Source: Opitutales bacterium (GTDB lineage: Bacteria > Verrucomicrobiota > Verrucomicrobiia > Opitutales > T3Sed10-336). Taken from it: a stretch of 63,154 nucleotides of DNA. Position numbers and translations under genes: made by a program. Where the stretch lies: positions 1 through 63,154 of the forward strand of contig JAIUMY010000005.1 of NCBI GenBank assembly GCA_022565335.1. The letters are read 5' to 3'. Below, piece after piece: positions 1 through 9,151 of this stretch (its first letter is position 1; each line of letters starts with the position of its first letter). A model generated the notes under the pieces. The model was not told where the DNA came from and did not search any database. It worked only from the letters and a program-made list of their open reading frames with translations.

Positions 1-346
1 CCAGCGTCCGCTGCACCTGTTCCACCGAATTGGGCGCATAGGCTATCGAACGAGGCGTCTTGCGCAGATGATTGTTCTCCCCGTGCAAATGCCCATACCG
101 CTCCACCAACTCCTCGTCGGTCAGCTCCACCCCCTCCGCAGCGGGCACTTCCACCAGAATATGGAAGTGATTGGCCATCATACAGTAGGTCAAGACCTTG
201 ACCCCTGAAAAGGCCGCCACTTTGTGTAACATTTTGGCAAGAACGGCTTTCTCCTTCTCGCCAAAAATCTTTTCTCCATTCACTGTCCGCGACATCACAT
301 GATAAACCGCCGGACAGTCCGTAAAATGTAAACGTTTTCGTTGCAT
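1..346 (-). mobile_element. RAYT/TnpA(REP)-like Y1 HUH transposase, N-terminal 115 aa, truncated by the window start (not in the ORF track)
   Basis: Manual translation from ATG 346: MQRKRLHFTDCPAVYHVMSRTVNGEKIFGEKEK...AAFSGVKVLTYCMMANHFHILVEVP...LTDEELVERY. Contains the NHFH HUH motif and is collinear with 26978..27982. Confidence 0.9.
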
Positions 347-374
347 ACCCCCAAAAAAGCAAATATTGGCTCGT

Positions 375-405
375 AGTCAATATTTAAGTTCTTAGAACGT
401 AGTTT
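375..405. repeat. Upstream terminal direct repeat of HUH element 1
   Basis: AGTCAATATTTAAGTTCTTAGAACGTAGTTT matches 62524..62554 at 26/31 positions in the same orientation. Confidence 0.7.
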
Positions 406-450
406 TTTCTTTGGGTTTGGCTTTTTTGATTTATTCGTGAGTATGAGAGG

Positions 451-1659
451 ATGGCTTTTAATGATAAACCTTTTGCTTACCATCATGAAATGGAGTTGGA
501 GATCACTTCTTTGACAAATCAAGGTCAAGGTGTTGGTCGGTTAGATAACTGGGTCGTGATGATCCCTTTTACAATTCCCGGGGAACGGGTGAAGGCCAGG
601 ATTTTCCGTAACCATAAAAATTACTCCGAAGCGGACTTGGTGGAGGTATTGGAAGCTTCGCCTCATAGGGTGAGTCCGAAGTGTCCCCTCTTCGGGGAAT
701 GTGGCGGATGCCAGTATCAGCACGTGGAATATGGCGAGCAACTCCAATGGAAAAAGCGACAGGTCAAAGAACTTTTCGCTCATATGGCAGATTTGGAAGT
801 TGAGGTGGAGGAAGCAGTACCTTCCCCGCGGCTTTACGGGTACCGGTCGAAAATCACCCCTCATTATCGCAAACCACGGGACGGCACCATCGAGAGTATT
901 GGTTTTCTGCGACCGGGGCGTCGCAACGCGGTCATTGATGTCCCCCAGTGCCCCTTGGCAACGGAGGCCATTAACGACAAGCTTCCCTCACTCAGAGAAT
1001 CTCTCCGAGCCAAGGCCGGAGAGTTGAAAAAGGGCGGGACTTTGCTTCTGCGGGAAGGATTAGACGGGGTCGAGACCAATCCCCGAAAAATCATTCGGGA
1101 AAAAGTCGGGGATTTGCTGTTCCATTTTCCGGCCGGTGAATTCTTTCAAAACAACCCCTATATTCTTCCCCAAATGGTTCAACACGTCGTCGAACAAGCG
1201 GGTGGACAAGACATCAATTACCTTCTGGACGCCTACTGCGGGTCCGGCTTGTTTGCTTTGTCCGCGGCCTCAAAATTTCAGGAGGTTGAAGGGGTCGAAA
1301 TCAGCGAGGCGTCGATCCGGTGGGCCAGGGAGAACGCTAAGCGAAATGAAATTAAGAATGTGCGCCTAACCGTTGGGGATGCCTCGGAAATTTTTGCGCA
1401 AACGGCTTTTCTCCCGGAAAAAACAACCGTCGTTATCGACCCCCCGCGCAAGGGATCGACTCCGGAATTTTTGCAGCAACTGCTTAATTTCCGCCCACAA
1501 CGGGTGGTCTATGTTTCGTGCAATCCCGCCACGCAAATCCGCGATCTGAAGCAATTGAATGAGGGTGGCTATAAGCTTTCCCGATTGCAGCCATTCGACT
1601 TGTTTCCCCAAACCAAACATCTGGAATGTGTAGCCACGTTGGACTTGCCAAGCACCTGA
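451..1659 (+). CDS. rlmD: TRAM-domain 23S rRNA (uracil-C5)-methyltransferase, RlmD/RumA family
   Basis: N-terminal TRAM domain, CPLFGECGGCQYQH Fe-S motif, FFQNN, DAYCGSG, DPPRKG, YVSCNP, FDLFPQTKHLE. Confidence 0.9.
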   Translation: MAFNDKPFAYHHEMELEITSLTNQGQGVGRLDNWVVMIPFTIPGERVKARIFRNHKNYSEADLVEVLEASPHRVSPKCPLFGECGGCQYQHVEYGEQLQWKKRQVKELFAHMADLEVEVEEAVPSPRLYGYRSKITPHYRKPRDGTIESIGFLRPGRRNAVIDVPQCPLATEAINDKLPSLRESLRAKAGELKKGGTLLLREGLDGVETNPRKIIREKVGDLLFHFPAGEFFQNNPYILPQMVQHVVEQAGGQDINYLLDAYCGSGLFALSAASKFQEVEGVEISEASIRWARENAKRNEIKNVRLTVGDASEIFAQTAFLPEKTTVVIDPPRKGSTPEFLQQLLNFRPQRVVYVSCNPATQIRDLKQLNEGGYKLSRLQPFDLFPQTKHLECVATLDLPST

Positions 1660-1720
1660 GCACCGTTTTACGCAAAACGTTTACGGGAGGATGGATCTCT
1701 TTCCTTCCGCCATTCGTGGA

Positions 1721-1749
1721 TTGACATTCCAGGGCAAAAAAAAAGAATA
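1721..1749 (+). promoter_or_regulatory. Probable sigma70 promoter of the Fur-like gene, likely leaderless
   Basis: TTGACA at 1721, an A-rich spacer and a weak -10-like AAGAAT a few nt before the GTG at 1755; no Shine-Dalgarno sequence. Confidence 0.4.
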
Positions 1750-1754
1750 GAAGA

Positions 1755-2219
1755 GTGAGTATCGAGAAATGCCGGGAAAAGTTTATAGAATTCTTATCAG
1801 CTAAGGATTTACGTGTTACCCAACAAAGGTTGGCAATCTTTGAAGCCTGCCACACTCTGGGGGGGCATTTCACCGCCGAGGAATTGCTTGTCGAGGCCCG
1901 TGGCATTGACCCGAGCGTATCCCGGGCAACCATTTACCGGACCTTACCGATTCTTATCGAGAGTGCTCTTCTGCGGGAGATTGACGTCGGTAAAGATTTC
2001 AAATTTTATTCGATTGCGCCGGAAAACGCTAATGAACAAGCCCAGGTTTTTTGCATCGACTGCGAAAAAATCTATGAGGTGGATGCGCCGTTTCTTGGTT
2101 GGTATGGCAGCACCGTCAGCGCAAAATTCAATTTGCGGCCAATTTCCCAGCGATTACAGATCAGGGCAAAATGCCAACAACTCGAATTATCGGGGACGTG
2201 CCCCAATAAAAGCGCGTGA
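1755..2219 (+). CDS. Fur-family transcriptional regulator
   Basis: LRVTQQRLAI, HFTAEEL, SRATIYRTL winged helix, CxxC (CIDC). Confidence 0.85.
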   Translation: MSIEKCREKFIEFLSAKDLRVTQQRLAIFEACHTLGGHFTAEELLVEARGIDPSVSRATIYRTLPILIESALLREIDVGKDFKFYSIAPENANEQAQVFCIDCEKIYEVDAPFLGWYGSTVSAKFNLRPISQRLQIRAKCQQLELSGTCPNKSA

Positions 2220-2270
2220 AATCTGCTTTTGCGGTTGGCAAAATTCAATTTTTCATTTTTCTCAAATACT

Positions 2271-2537
2271 ATGTCTGACTCCTACAACCCAACCATTTCC
2301 CCTGCGGCAGTGGTCAAAAATCTCATCATCTTTGGGATATTTTTGATAATTGCATTCTTTTCTCTGCGCGGAACCGTTCCCAGTGAGGATCCCCAAATCA
2401 TCGCTCTGGTATCATTTGTCTGCGCCCTACCGATGGCGGTCGTTGCCTGGATTGCTCTGCATATGGTGGTATTGGTACGGAAAGACGACTTGCGCCGCAG
2501 GGCCTTAAAGCACGAGAACACCGAGACGGGAGGATGA
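2271..2537 (+). CDS. Small hypothetical membrane protein (2 TM)
   Basis: Two hydrophobic segments; stop overlaps the ppgK start (ATGA). Confidence 0.65.
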   Translation: MSDSYNPTISPAAVVKNLIIFGIFLIIAFFSLRGTVPSEDPQIIALVSFVCALPMAVVAWIALHMVVLVRKDDLRRRALKHENTETGG

Positions 2538-3274
2538 AGGCTCTCGGCATTGATGTCGGGGGGACCGGGATCAAGGCAGCTCCCGTTGATTTATCGAACG
2601 GTGAATTTGACGCCGAACGTTTGCGGATCCCCACTCCTTCTCTTTGCACTCCGGAGGTCTTGGCCAAGACGGCCAAAGAATTTGTCGGGCATTTCAATTG
2701 GAGTGAGTCTATTGGGGTAGGATTCCCCGGGGTGATTAAGCAGGGCAAAGTACTGACTGCCGCAAACCTCGATGACTCTTGGATTGGGGTGGCCATCGAT
2801 GACCTCTTAAGAGAGGCAACGGGCTGTGAAATACACTCTCTGAATGACGCCGATGCCGCTGGTCTGGCGGAGTTTCATTTAGGCGAAGGGCAAGCACATC
2901 AGGGAATGGTTCTTTTGCTAACCATTGGTACGGGAATCGGCTCGGCCCTTTTTTACCAAGGGAAGCTGGTGCCCAATACCGAACTCGGTCACCTTCCAAT
3001 GAATGGCACGATCGCCGAAAAATACACGTCGCGCAAAGTAAAGAAGGATTTGGATCTAACCTGGAGTGAATGGGTTCCCCGACTTCAGGAATACCTCGCA
3101 ATTATTGAACGCATCATAACCCCCGATCTCATTATTATCGGCGGCGGGGCGAGTAAGAAATTCGAGAAGTTTTCCGCGGATATCAACCTGCAAACCCCCG
3201 TTGTTCCCGCCCGTCACCAACATCACGCGGGAATTATCGGAGCGGCCTTTGCCGCGTCAAACTCCATATTGTAA
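2534..3274 (+). CDS. ppgK: Polyphosphate glucokinase (ROK family)
   Basis: GIDVGGTGIKAA, RIPTP, LNDADAAGLAE, TIGTGIGSALF, PNTELGH. Confidence 0.9.
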   Translation: MKALGIDVGGTGIKAAPVDLSNGEFDAERLRIPTPSLCTPEVLAKTAKEFVGHFNWSESIGVGFPGVIKQGKVLTAANLDDSWIGVAIDDLLREATGCEIHSLNDADAAGLAEFHLGEGQAHQGMVLLLTIGTGIGSALFYQGKLVPNTELGHLPMNGTIAEKYTSRKVKKDLDLTWSEWVPRLQEYLAIIERIITPDLIIIGGGASKKFEKFSADINLQTPVVPARHQHHAGIIGAAFAASNSIL

Positions 3275-3318
3275 CCCCTTTCTCTCTCTTCTTCTCTCTC
3301 AACACCATTGGTATCGTT

Positions 3319-4350
3319 ATGAATAATTCGAAACTTCCCGGAATCACCAACGGATTTTGTGGATCAGTCGGCAACACCCCGCTGATCCGCCTGCATCATT
3401 TATCTGAGGCCACAGGCTGTGAAATCCTCGGCAAAGCGGAATTCATGAACCCCGGCGGCTCCGTCAAGGACCGGGCAGCCCTCGGCATCATTGAGGATGC
3501 GGAAGAAAAGGGGCATCTGAAACCGGGCGGCACCATTGTCGAGGGCACGGCCGGAAACACCGGCATCGGGCTAGCCCTGGTTGGCCATGCAAAAGGTTAC
3601 AAAACTATTATAGTCATCAACAATACCCAAGCCAAAGAAAAGATGGATTTACTCCGTGCGCTGGGCGCGGAGGTGCGGTCGGTCGACCCTGCACCATGGT
3701 CCGACCCCAACAATTACAACCATATCGCCCACCGTTTGGCCGATGAAATGGAAGGGGGGTTCTGGGCCAACCAATTCGACAATACCGCTAACCGCAACTT
3801 TCATTTTAAGACGACCGGGCCAGAGATTTACCAGCAAACCAATGGCGAGATTACGGCTTTCGTGGCCGCAATTGGAACCGGCGGTACACTCGCCGGCACT
3901 GGGCGCTATCTGCAACAGGAAAACAAGGACATTAAAGTTGTTTGTGCCGATCCTTACGGGGCCGCGATGTGGTCATGGTTTACACATGGGCATACCGACA
4001 TCGATGACGGAGATTCCATTGCCGAAGGCATCGGACAGGGGCGGGTTACCAAAAATCTTGAGGGACTGACCTGCGACGATGCTTTTCGCATTCATGACTC
4101 GGTAATGATCAAGATGCTCTATTTCCTTCTGGAAAAAGAAGGCCTTTTCCTTGGCGCCTCGGCTGCTTTAAATGTGTGCGGGGCAGTCAAACAAGCCCTT
4201 GTTGGAGGACCCGGACAAGTGATCACAACCATCCTCTGCGATAGTGGTCAGCGTTACATGTCTAAACTTTTCAACCACGAGGAACTAGCCATGGAGAATT
4301 TGGACCCCGACTACAAAGGTTTGCAATTTTTGGATGATTTAAGAAAATAA
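3319..4350 (+). CDS. cysK: Cysteine synthase (PLP-dependent)
   Basis: GNTPLI, KAEFMNPGGSVKDR, EGTAGNTG, GTGGT. Confidence 0.9.
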   Translation: MNNSKLPGITNGFCGSVGNTPLIRLHHLSEATGCEILGKAEFMNPGGSVKDRAALGIIEDAEEKGHLKPGGTIVEGTAGNTGIGLALVGHAKGYKTIIVINNTQAKEKMDLLRALGAEVRSVDPAPWSDPNNYNHIAHRLADEMEGGFWANQFDNTANRNFHFKTTGPEIYQQTNGEITAFVAAIGTGGTLAGTGRYLQQENKDIKVVCADPYGAAMWSWFTHGHTDIDDGDSIAEGIGQGRVTKNLEGLTCDDAFRIHDSVMIKMLYFLLEKEGLFLGASAALNVCGAVKQALVGGPGQVITTILCDSGQRYMSKLFNHEELAMENLDPDYKGLQFLDDLRK

Positions 4351-4441
4351 AACAAGTTTTTCTTGTCATCGGCTTTTAAATCCAACTAAATGTAAAAGGT
4401 CTTAATTTAAGCGAACCTTATCAATCCACCCCTTATATTCC

Positions 4442-4810
4442 ATGAAAAAAATCCTACTCCTCCTTTCTACCTTTGCCCTACTTACCTTTTTGGCGGGTTG
4501 TGGACAGTCCGGAAGCCCTTCCCAAACGGCGGAAAATTTCTTTGAAGCACTCTCGGAAAAGGATCTCGATACCGCTCGCGAGCTTCTAAAACCAGAATAC
4601 CACGGGTTTCTAGGTATGCTGGAAATGGCTCCTGAAGAGGAGTTGGCAGAAATGAGCGGCGTTCGCGCGGTCAACGAAGAAGTTTACGAGGAAAACGGAC
4701 GAACCTTTGCCACCGTAACGATGAGCCATCCCGAGGAGGAGGATGATGAGGAACTCACTCTTGAGCTCGTTGACGGCGTGTGGCTCGTTGATCTGGGAGA
4801 CATAAAATAA
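4442..4810 (+). CDS. Acidic lipoprotein, NTF2-like/DUF4878-like
   Basis: Lipobox LAGC; SPSQTAENFFEAL; ends LELVDGVWLV. Confidence 0.7.
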   Translation: MKKILLLLSTFALLTFLAGCGQSGSPSQTAENFFEALSEKDLDTARELLKPEYHGFLGMLEMAPEEELAEMSGVRAVNEEVYEENGRTFATVTMSHPEEEDDEELTLELVDGVWLVDLGDIK

Positions 4811-4833
4811 AACTGCCGTTCTCCGCTTTTACG

Positions 4834-4877
4834 AATCCCTGCCGGGCCGTTTTATACAACGGTTGGCAGGGATTTTT
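4834..4877 (+). terminator. Possible intrinsic terminator after the lipoprotein gene
   Basis: AATCCCTGCC...CCGTT/AACGG...GGCAGGGATT stem followed by a T run; overlaps the start region of the next gene. Confidence 0.45.
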
Positions 4878-5442
4878 GATTTTCTGCCTTCTGATCCAAG
4901 GGAGCAATCTTCAGGCCGGGAATCCCCAATCCCCGGACCTTCCCTTGCGGGAAGGTGACGTGGTCGTCCGGTATACCGATTCCGTGCTTTCCCGGATGTC
5001 GGTTAGATTTTCGGAGAATGACCGCCGCTTCAGCCATGTCGGAATCCTATGGCAACATGCTTCGGGAACCTGGGAAGTTACCCACGCACTCCCCCGGGCA
5101 GAGGGAGAACCGGAAGTTTTTTCCGAATCTTTGGAGAGTTTCCTGGAACCCGCTATTCGATACGGTTATTTCCGTTGGAAAACCACCCTGGAAGATTCCC
5201 GGGATCTTGCCCACGCGACAGAGAGAATAGCCGCAGAAGAAAGCCTTCCTTTTGACCGCACCTTCACCCTGGAACGAGAAGGCGCAGTCTATTGCACCGA
5301 GTTGATCTGGCGCATGGCCCTAATGGTGTGGGAAAAAGACATCGTGCCGGAAAAAAGTTTGTTCAACGGACGTCCCTTGATCAGCATGGAAGATCTCCTT
5401 CATTCTCCCTATCTGGAAGAAATTTTCGCTAAACTGCAATGA
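4876..5442 (+). CDS. Permuted papain-like amidase, YiiX/YebB (NlpC/P60) family; start uncertain
   Basis: LREGDVV, FSHVGI (His) before VYCTELI (Cys). Confidence 0.8.
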   Translation: MIFCLLIQGSNLQAGNPQSPDLPLREGDVVVRYTDSVLSRMSVRFSENDRRFSHVGILWQHASGTWEVTHALPRAEGEPEVFSESLESFLEPAIRYGYFRWKTTLEDSRDLAHATERIAAEESLPFDRTFTLEREGAVYCTELIWRMALMVWEKDIVPEKSLFNGRPLISMEDLLHSPYLEEIFAKLQ

Positions 5443-6437
5443 CCTCATCACCTGAAATTCCGCATTCCCTGGACGATGTTTTGCGAGCAGAGATTGGTTC
5501 CCAAGGCCCGCTGCGCTTTGACCGCTATATGGAGCTCGCCTTGTACCATCCCGAATTCGGCTACTATCAACAAAAACGGCAGCGGGTGGGCAAAAATGAG
5601 GAGACTGATTTTTATACGGCCTCAACGCTCACTGACGGATTCACAAGCTTACTCGCGGGAGCCCTTAAGGAGAAGTTGGGAAGTGAACTCTCAAGATATA
5701 CCCTAATCGAATGGGGCACCGAGGGGGGAGGTTTGCCCTGGGAGGCCAATAACCTGAACGTTCAGAAAATTCTTCGTATTCCCTTGGGCGAAGATCCGGT
5801 CTTCCCCTCTCCGGCAATCCATTTTTCAAATGAACTTTTCGATGCGCAACCCTTCCGACGATTGATTTTCACAGATCGGTTCTGGCAGGAAATTTTTGTC
5901 GACTGGGATTCCGAAGGACAGAGATTTTTTGAAGTTTCCCGGCCTTCGGACCCCCTCCCAGCCAACGCCTTGCCCTCCCCTTTGCCTGAAGCCCAAACGG
6001 AAGGTTACTGCATTGATCTGCCCACGGGCGCGAATGCGTTCTTGCAAAACATAGTCAAGCCACCCTGGGAAGGTCTGTTTGTGGCGTTTGACTATGGACG
6101 GACTTGGGAAAATTTGCTGACTGAAACACCTCAAGGGACCCTTCGGGCATATTGCAGGCACAAACAAATTGAGGACCTTTATCAAGCGCCTGGTGCAGTG
6201 GATTTGACCGGTCATATTTGCTGGGACTCCATGGAGAATATTTTGCAACAAAACGGCTTCCGGGAAATTCGGTGCGAACGTCAGGAAAGTTTTTTTGTTA
6301 AAAACGCCCCAGAGACACTGAAGCAAATTCTCACCTCGACCGAAGGTTCCCTGGATCCTCTGCGACGGGAAGTCGCTGCCCTCCTCCACCCCTCGCATTT
6401 TGGCCAAGCCTTTCAAGTTCTAACCGCTGTTCGATAA
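5439..6437 (+). CDS. SAM-dependent methyltransferase, MidA/NDUFAF7 family
   Basis: RFDRYMELALYHPEFGYY, DFYTA, SNELFDA, FDYG, DLTGH. Confidence 0.85.
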   Translation: MTSSPEIPHSLDDVLRAEIGSQGPLRFDRYMELALYHPEFGYYQQKRQRVGKNEETDFYTASTLTDGFTSLLAGALKEKLGSELSRYTLIEWGTEGGGLPWEANNLNVQKILRIPLGEDPVFPSPAIHFSNELFDAQPFRRLIFTDRFWQEIFVDWDSEGQRFFEVSRPSDPLPANALPSPLPEAQTEGYCIDLPTGANAFLQNIVKPPWEGLFVAFDYGRTWENLLTETPQGTLRAYCRHKQIEDLYQAPGAVDLTGHICWDSMENILQQNGFREIRCERQESFFVKNAPETLKQILTSTEGSLDPLRREVAALLHPSHFGQAFQVLTAVR

Positions 6438-6509
6438 AATGACCGATGGTAAAGAGCAAACGGCCATTCGGTATTGCCAGTATTTGCCATTTGATAAAAT
6501 CTGGAAAGT

Positions 6510-7454
6510 ATGACCGATAAAGAGGCAATGATTTCGCGGGCCAAGGGCTGTTTGCTGGGGCAATTGGCCGGGGATGCTTTGGGGAGTTTGGTGGAGTTCC
6601 GTTCACCCGAGGATATTGCCGCCGAATTTCCGGACGGGGTCCGCGAAATGACCGGAGGCGGTTCATTCAACACCATTCCAGGCCAACCGACAGATGACTC
6701 GGAGATGGCTCTCGCCCTCGCCCGCTACTTGGCCAAGGAGAAGAATTACCATGCCTATGAGGTGTTGGCTATTTATCAGGAATGGTTGAACTCCCATCCC
6801 TTTGATTGTGGCCAGACCATCCGCGGGGCCCTGACGGGAGAGCTAAACCCTTCCAGCCAAGCCAACGGCGCCATGATGCGGGTTGCCCCAATAGGAATTC
6901 TGGCCGCTCGCTTCGATCCTTTTCAGGGAATTCAGTGGGCTTTCGAGGATGCCGCCCTCACCCACCCCCATCCAATCTGCGGGCAAGCCAATGCCCTTTA
7001 TGTCCGGGCGATAACCGAGGCCGTTTCCACCGGAACTGCGGGAAGTCCGCTATACCAGAAGATCATGGCCTGGGCGGAGGATATGGCGGTCGATGGAGCC
7101 CTCCTTGCAATCATGGAAAAAGCACCCCGGGAGGCACCGATTTGCCACGGCAAACACCAGGGATGGGTCCTTATTGCCTGGCAAAATGCCCTTTATGAGT
7201 TGTGTCAGGAAAAGACTTTTGAGGAGTCCTTGGTAAAAACCGTGGGGCGCGGAGGTGACACCGACACCAACGCCGCGATCACCGGAGCATTGCTAGGGGC
7301 ATGCTTGGGAGGCGACGCTATACCTGAAAGGTGGCGAAATATTCTTGCCAATTGCCGACCAGCCAGCGAAAAATCCAATTGTCTAAACCCCCGCCCCAAA
7401 GCTTACTGGCCCTACGACGCTGAGAATCTCGCCCAGTCACTGGTCGACTTTTAA
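6510..7454 (+). CDS. ADP-ribosylglycohydrolase family protein
   Basis: GDALG, TDDSEM, NGAMMR, LTH, GGDTDTNAAITGALLGA. Confidence 0.9.
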   Translation: MTDKEAMISRAKGCLLGQLAGDALGSLVEFRSPEDIAAEFPDGVREMTGGGSFNTIPGQPTDDSEMALALARYLAKEKNYHAYEVLAIYQEWLNSHPFDCGQTIRGALTGELNPSSQANGAMMRVAPIGILAARFDPFQGIQWAFEDAALTHPHPICGQANALYVRAITEAVSTGTAGSPLYQKIMAWAEDMAVDGALLAIMEKAPREAPICHGKHQGWVLIAWQNALYELCQEKTFEESLVKTVGRGGDTDTNAAITGALLGACLGGDAIPERWRNILANCRPASEKSNCLNPRPKAYWPYDAENLAQSLVDF

Positions 7455-7516
7455 AAAAATCTCAGTCACCACAAATTGGGAACCAACGACAAACTTTGCC
7501 CTCTAAGCAATCACCG

Positions 7517-9151
7517 ATGAAAAAACTAGGATTGTTACTCCTCATACCCCTACTACTCGCCGAACCACTTTCGGGAAACCGGTTCCAGAGCTATACCAGT
7601 CGAGTCGAATTTGCCCCCTCGGAAGTTATAACGGCCTCATACCTTGGAGGCAGCGGAACCGAATGGCTGGTCGGCGGCGGTTTTCTTGATAATGGAGACA
7701 TCCTTTTGGTGGGGAACGCCTTGGGACCTGAATTCAACATATTTGGGCATGAACCCTTAATATTCGGGCGAAATCGTGCCACGATGAACTTGGCCGCCCC
7801 CGACGCCCCGGAACGCCAACCATTGATGCGGCGGGGTAATGTTCGACGCGACAGCGATGGAAACATTCGGTATGATGACCATTCTTGGGAAAGCCCGAAC
7901 AGCACTGCTTTTCTACTGATTCTGGACGCCAATGCCCAACGTGTCCAAACGGCCCGCCGCTTCCCTTGGATGACCGGTGGAGCCACCAGCGCCCGGGTGG
8001 GGCCCGACGGCTTTTTGTATGTTGCCGGACCAGTCCGGGAAAATGGAGTTTCAAATCTAGGCGGGGAATATCAAAACACTGATATCCGTAGCGACGGTGA
8101 CAAAGGGAGTGTTTTTCTGGCTAAAATCAGAACCGATCTCAGCGAAATTGTCTGGGTTCGGGAAATGCACGGATCCTATGGCGCTCCCGAAGTCAGTTTT
8201 ACCGATAATGGGGAGATTTATTTCACCGGACCGGGGATTCGAGTATTTGACCAGGAGGGTAACTACACTCGCACCGTTTCGGAAGGAAGGACCGGAGTTG
8301 GGCCGACTTCCTCAATCAGCCCGGTTTCCGGATACAATGTCTGGGGCGGTGAAAGGCATTGGCGAACGGGACGGGAACCTTGGCGCTGTCCGCGACTTAA
8401 TGTTCAGGATCAGGATGGTAATCACGTTCTAGAGCTATATTCCTGGCAAGGGCCATTCGTTGGAGTCAACCGGCGGAGACTGGTTTCTGACAGCGCGGTT
8501 CGGGGTGTTATGCACGATCCAGAGGGCAGAATTTATCTACATGCATGGTCAGATGGAGGAAACTCTGTCATGACCCGACAACCCTATGATATTGATGAAA
8601 ATCATGGTGTCTTTTCTGATGGGATGGATTTTAGTATTTGGGGAGCCAACGTCTTGAGCGTTGCCTATATCAAACGCCTCAATCCGGAAACGTACGAGGT
8701 CGAGGCAGGAACGCGCTTTGTCGGTTACAGTCCTAGTGATGGACGTCCGAATGCTCTCAATATCCACACCATGGATATTGCCCAAAATGGCGCGGTTGCG
8801 GTCACCGGAACAACTGCGGCGGCACTCATACAAACGGGCAACAACCTCTTTCCTGGTGACGTTCCCGGGGGTCACTACATCGCCATTTGGGACCGGGATT
8901 TGACCACCCTCATGTTTTCATCCTCCATGCTGGCCATTGGCAAATCCCATGTCGCCACTTCCAGACGACACCAGGTGGTTTCCCGAACGTTTGGCGACCA
9001 AACCCGAATTATGTTTCTTTCGGGAGCCGAAGAATCCGGCAGCTCATATGGAACGACCGGCCCCGCTCCGACGAAAAACGCCATTCAGGAAAATTTTGGA
9101 GGAGGAGAATTGGACGGCTATTTTATCATCATTGACATCCCAACCAGATGA
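7517..9151 (+). CDS. Secreted beta-rich (propeller-like) hypothetical protein
   Basis: Signal peptide MKKLGLLLLIPLLLA; ASYLGGSGTE and AIQENFGGGELDGY resemble beta-propeller repeat ends. Confidence 0.7.
   Translation: MKKLGLLLLIPLLLAEPLSGNRFQSYTSRVEFAPSEVITASYLGGSGTEWLVGGGFLDNGDILLVGNALGPEFNIFGHEPLIFGRNRATMNLAAPDAPERQPLMRRGNVRRDSDGNIRYDDHSWESPNSTAFLLILDANAQRVQTARRFPWMTGGATSARVGPDGFLYVAGPVRENGVSNLGGEYQNTDIRSDGDKGSVFLAKIRTDLSEIVWVREMHGSYGAPEVSFTDNGEIYFTGPGIRVFDQEGNYTRTVSEGRTGVGPTSSISPVSGYNVWGGERHWRTGREPWRCPRLNVQDQDGNHVLELYSWQGPFVGVNRRRLVSDSAVRGVMHDPEGRIYLHAWSDGGNSVMTRQPYDIDENHGVFSDGMDFSIWGANVLSVAYIKRLNPETYEVEAGTRFVGYSPSDGRPNALNIHTMDIAQNGAVAVTGTTAAALIQTGNNLFPGDVPGGHYIAIWDRDLTTLMFSSSMLAIGKSHVATSRRHQVVSRTFGDQTRIMFLSGAEESGSSYGTTGPAPTKNAIQENFGGGELDGYFIIIDIPTR

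Noticed and set aside
6510-7454. ADP-ribosylation toxin-antitoxin or defence module
   Set aside because: No adjacent ADP-ribosyltransferase, macro-domain or sirtuin gene was recognised.
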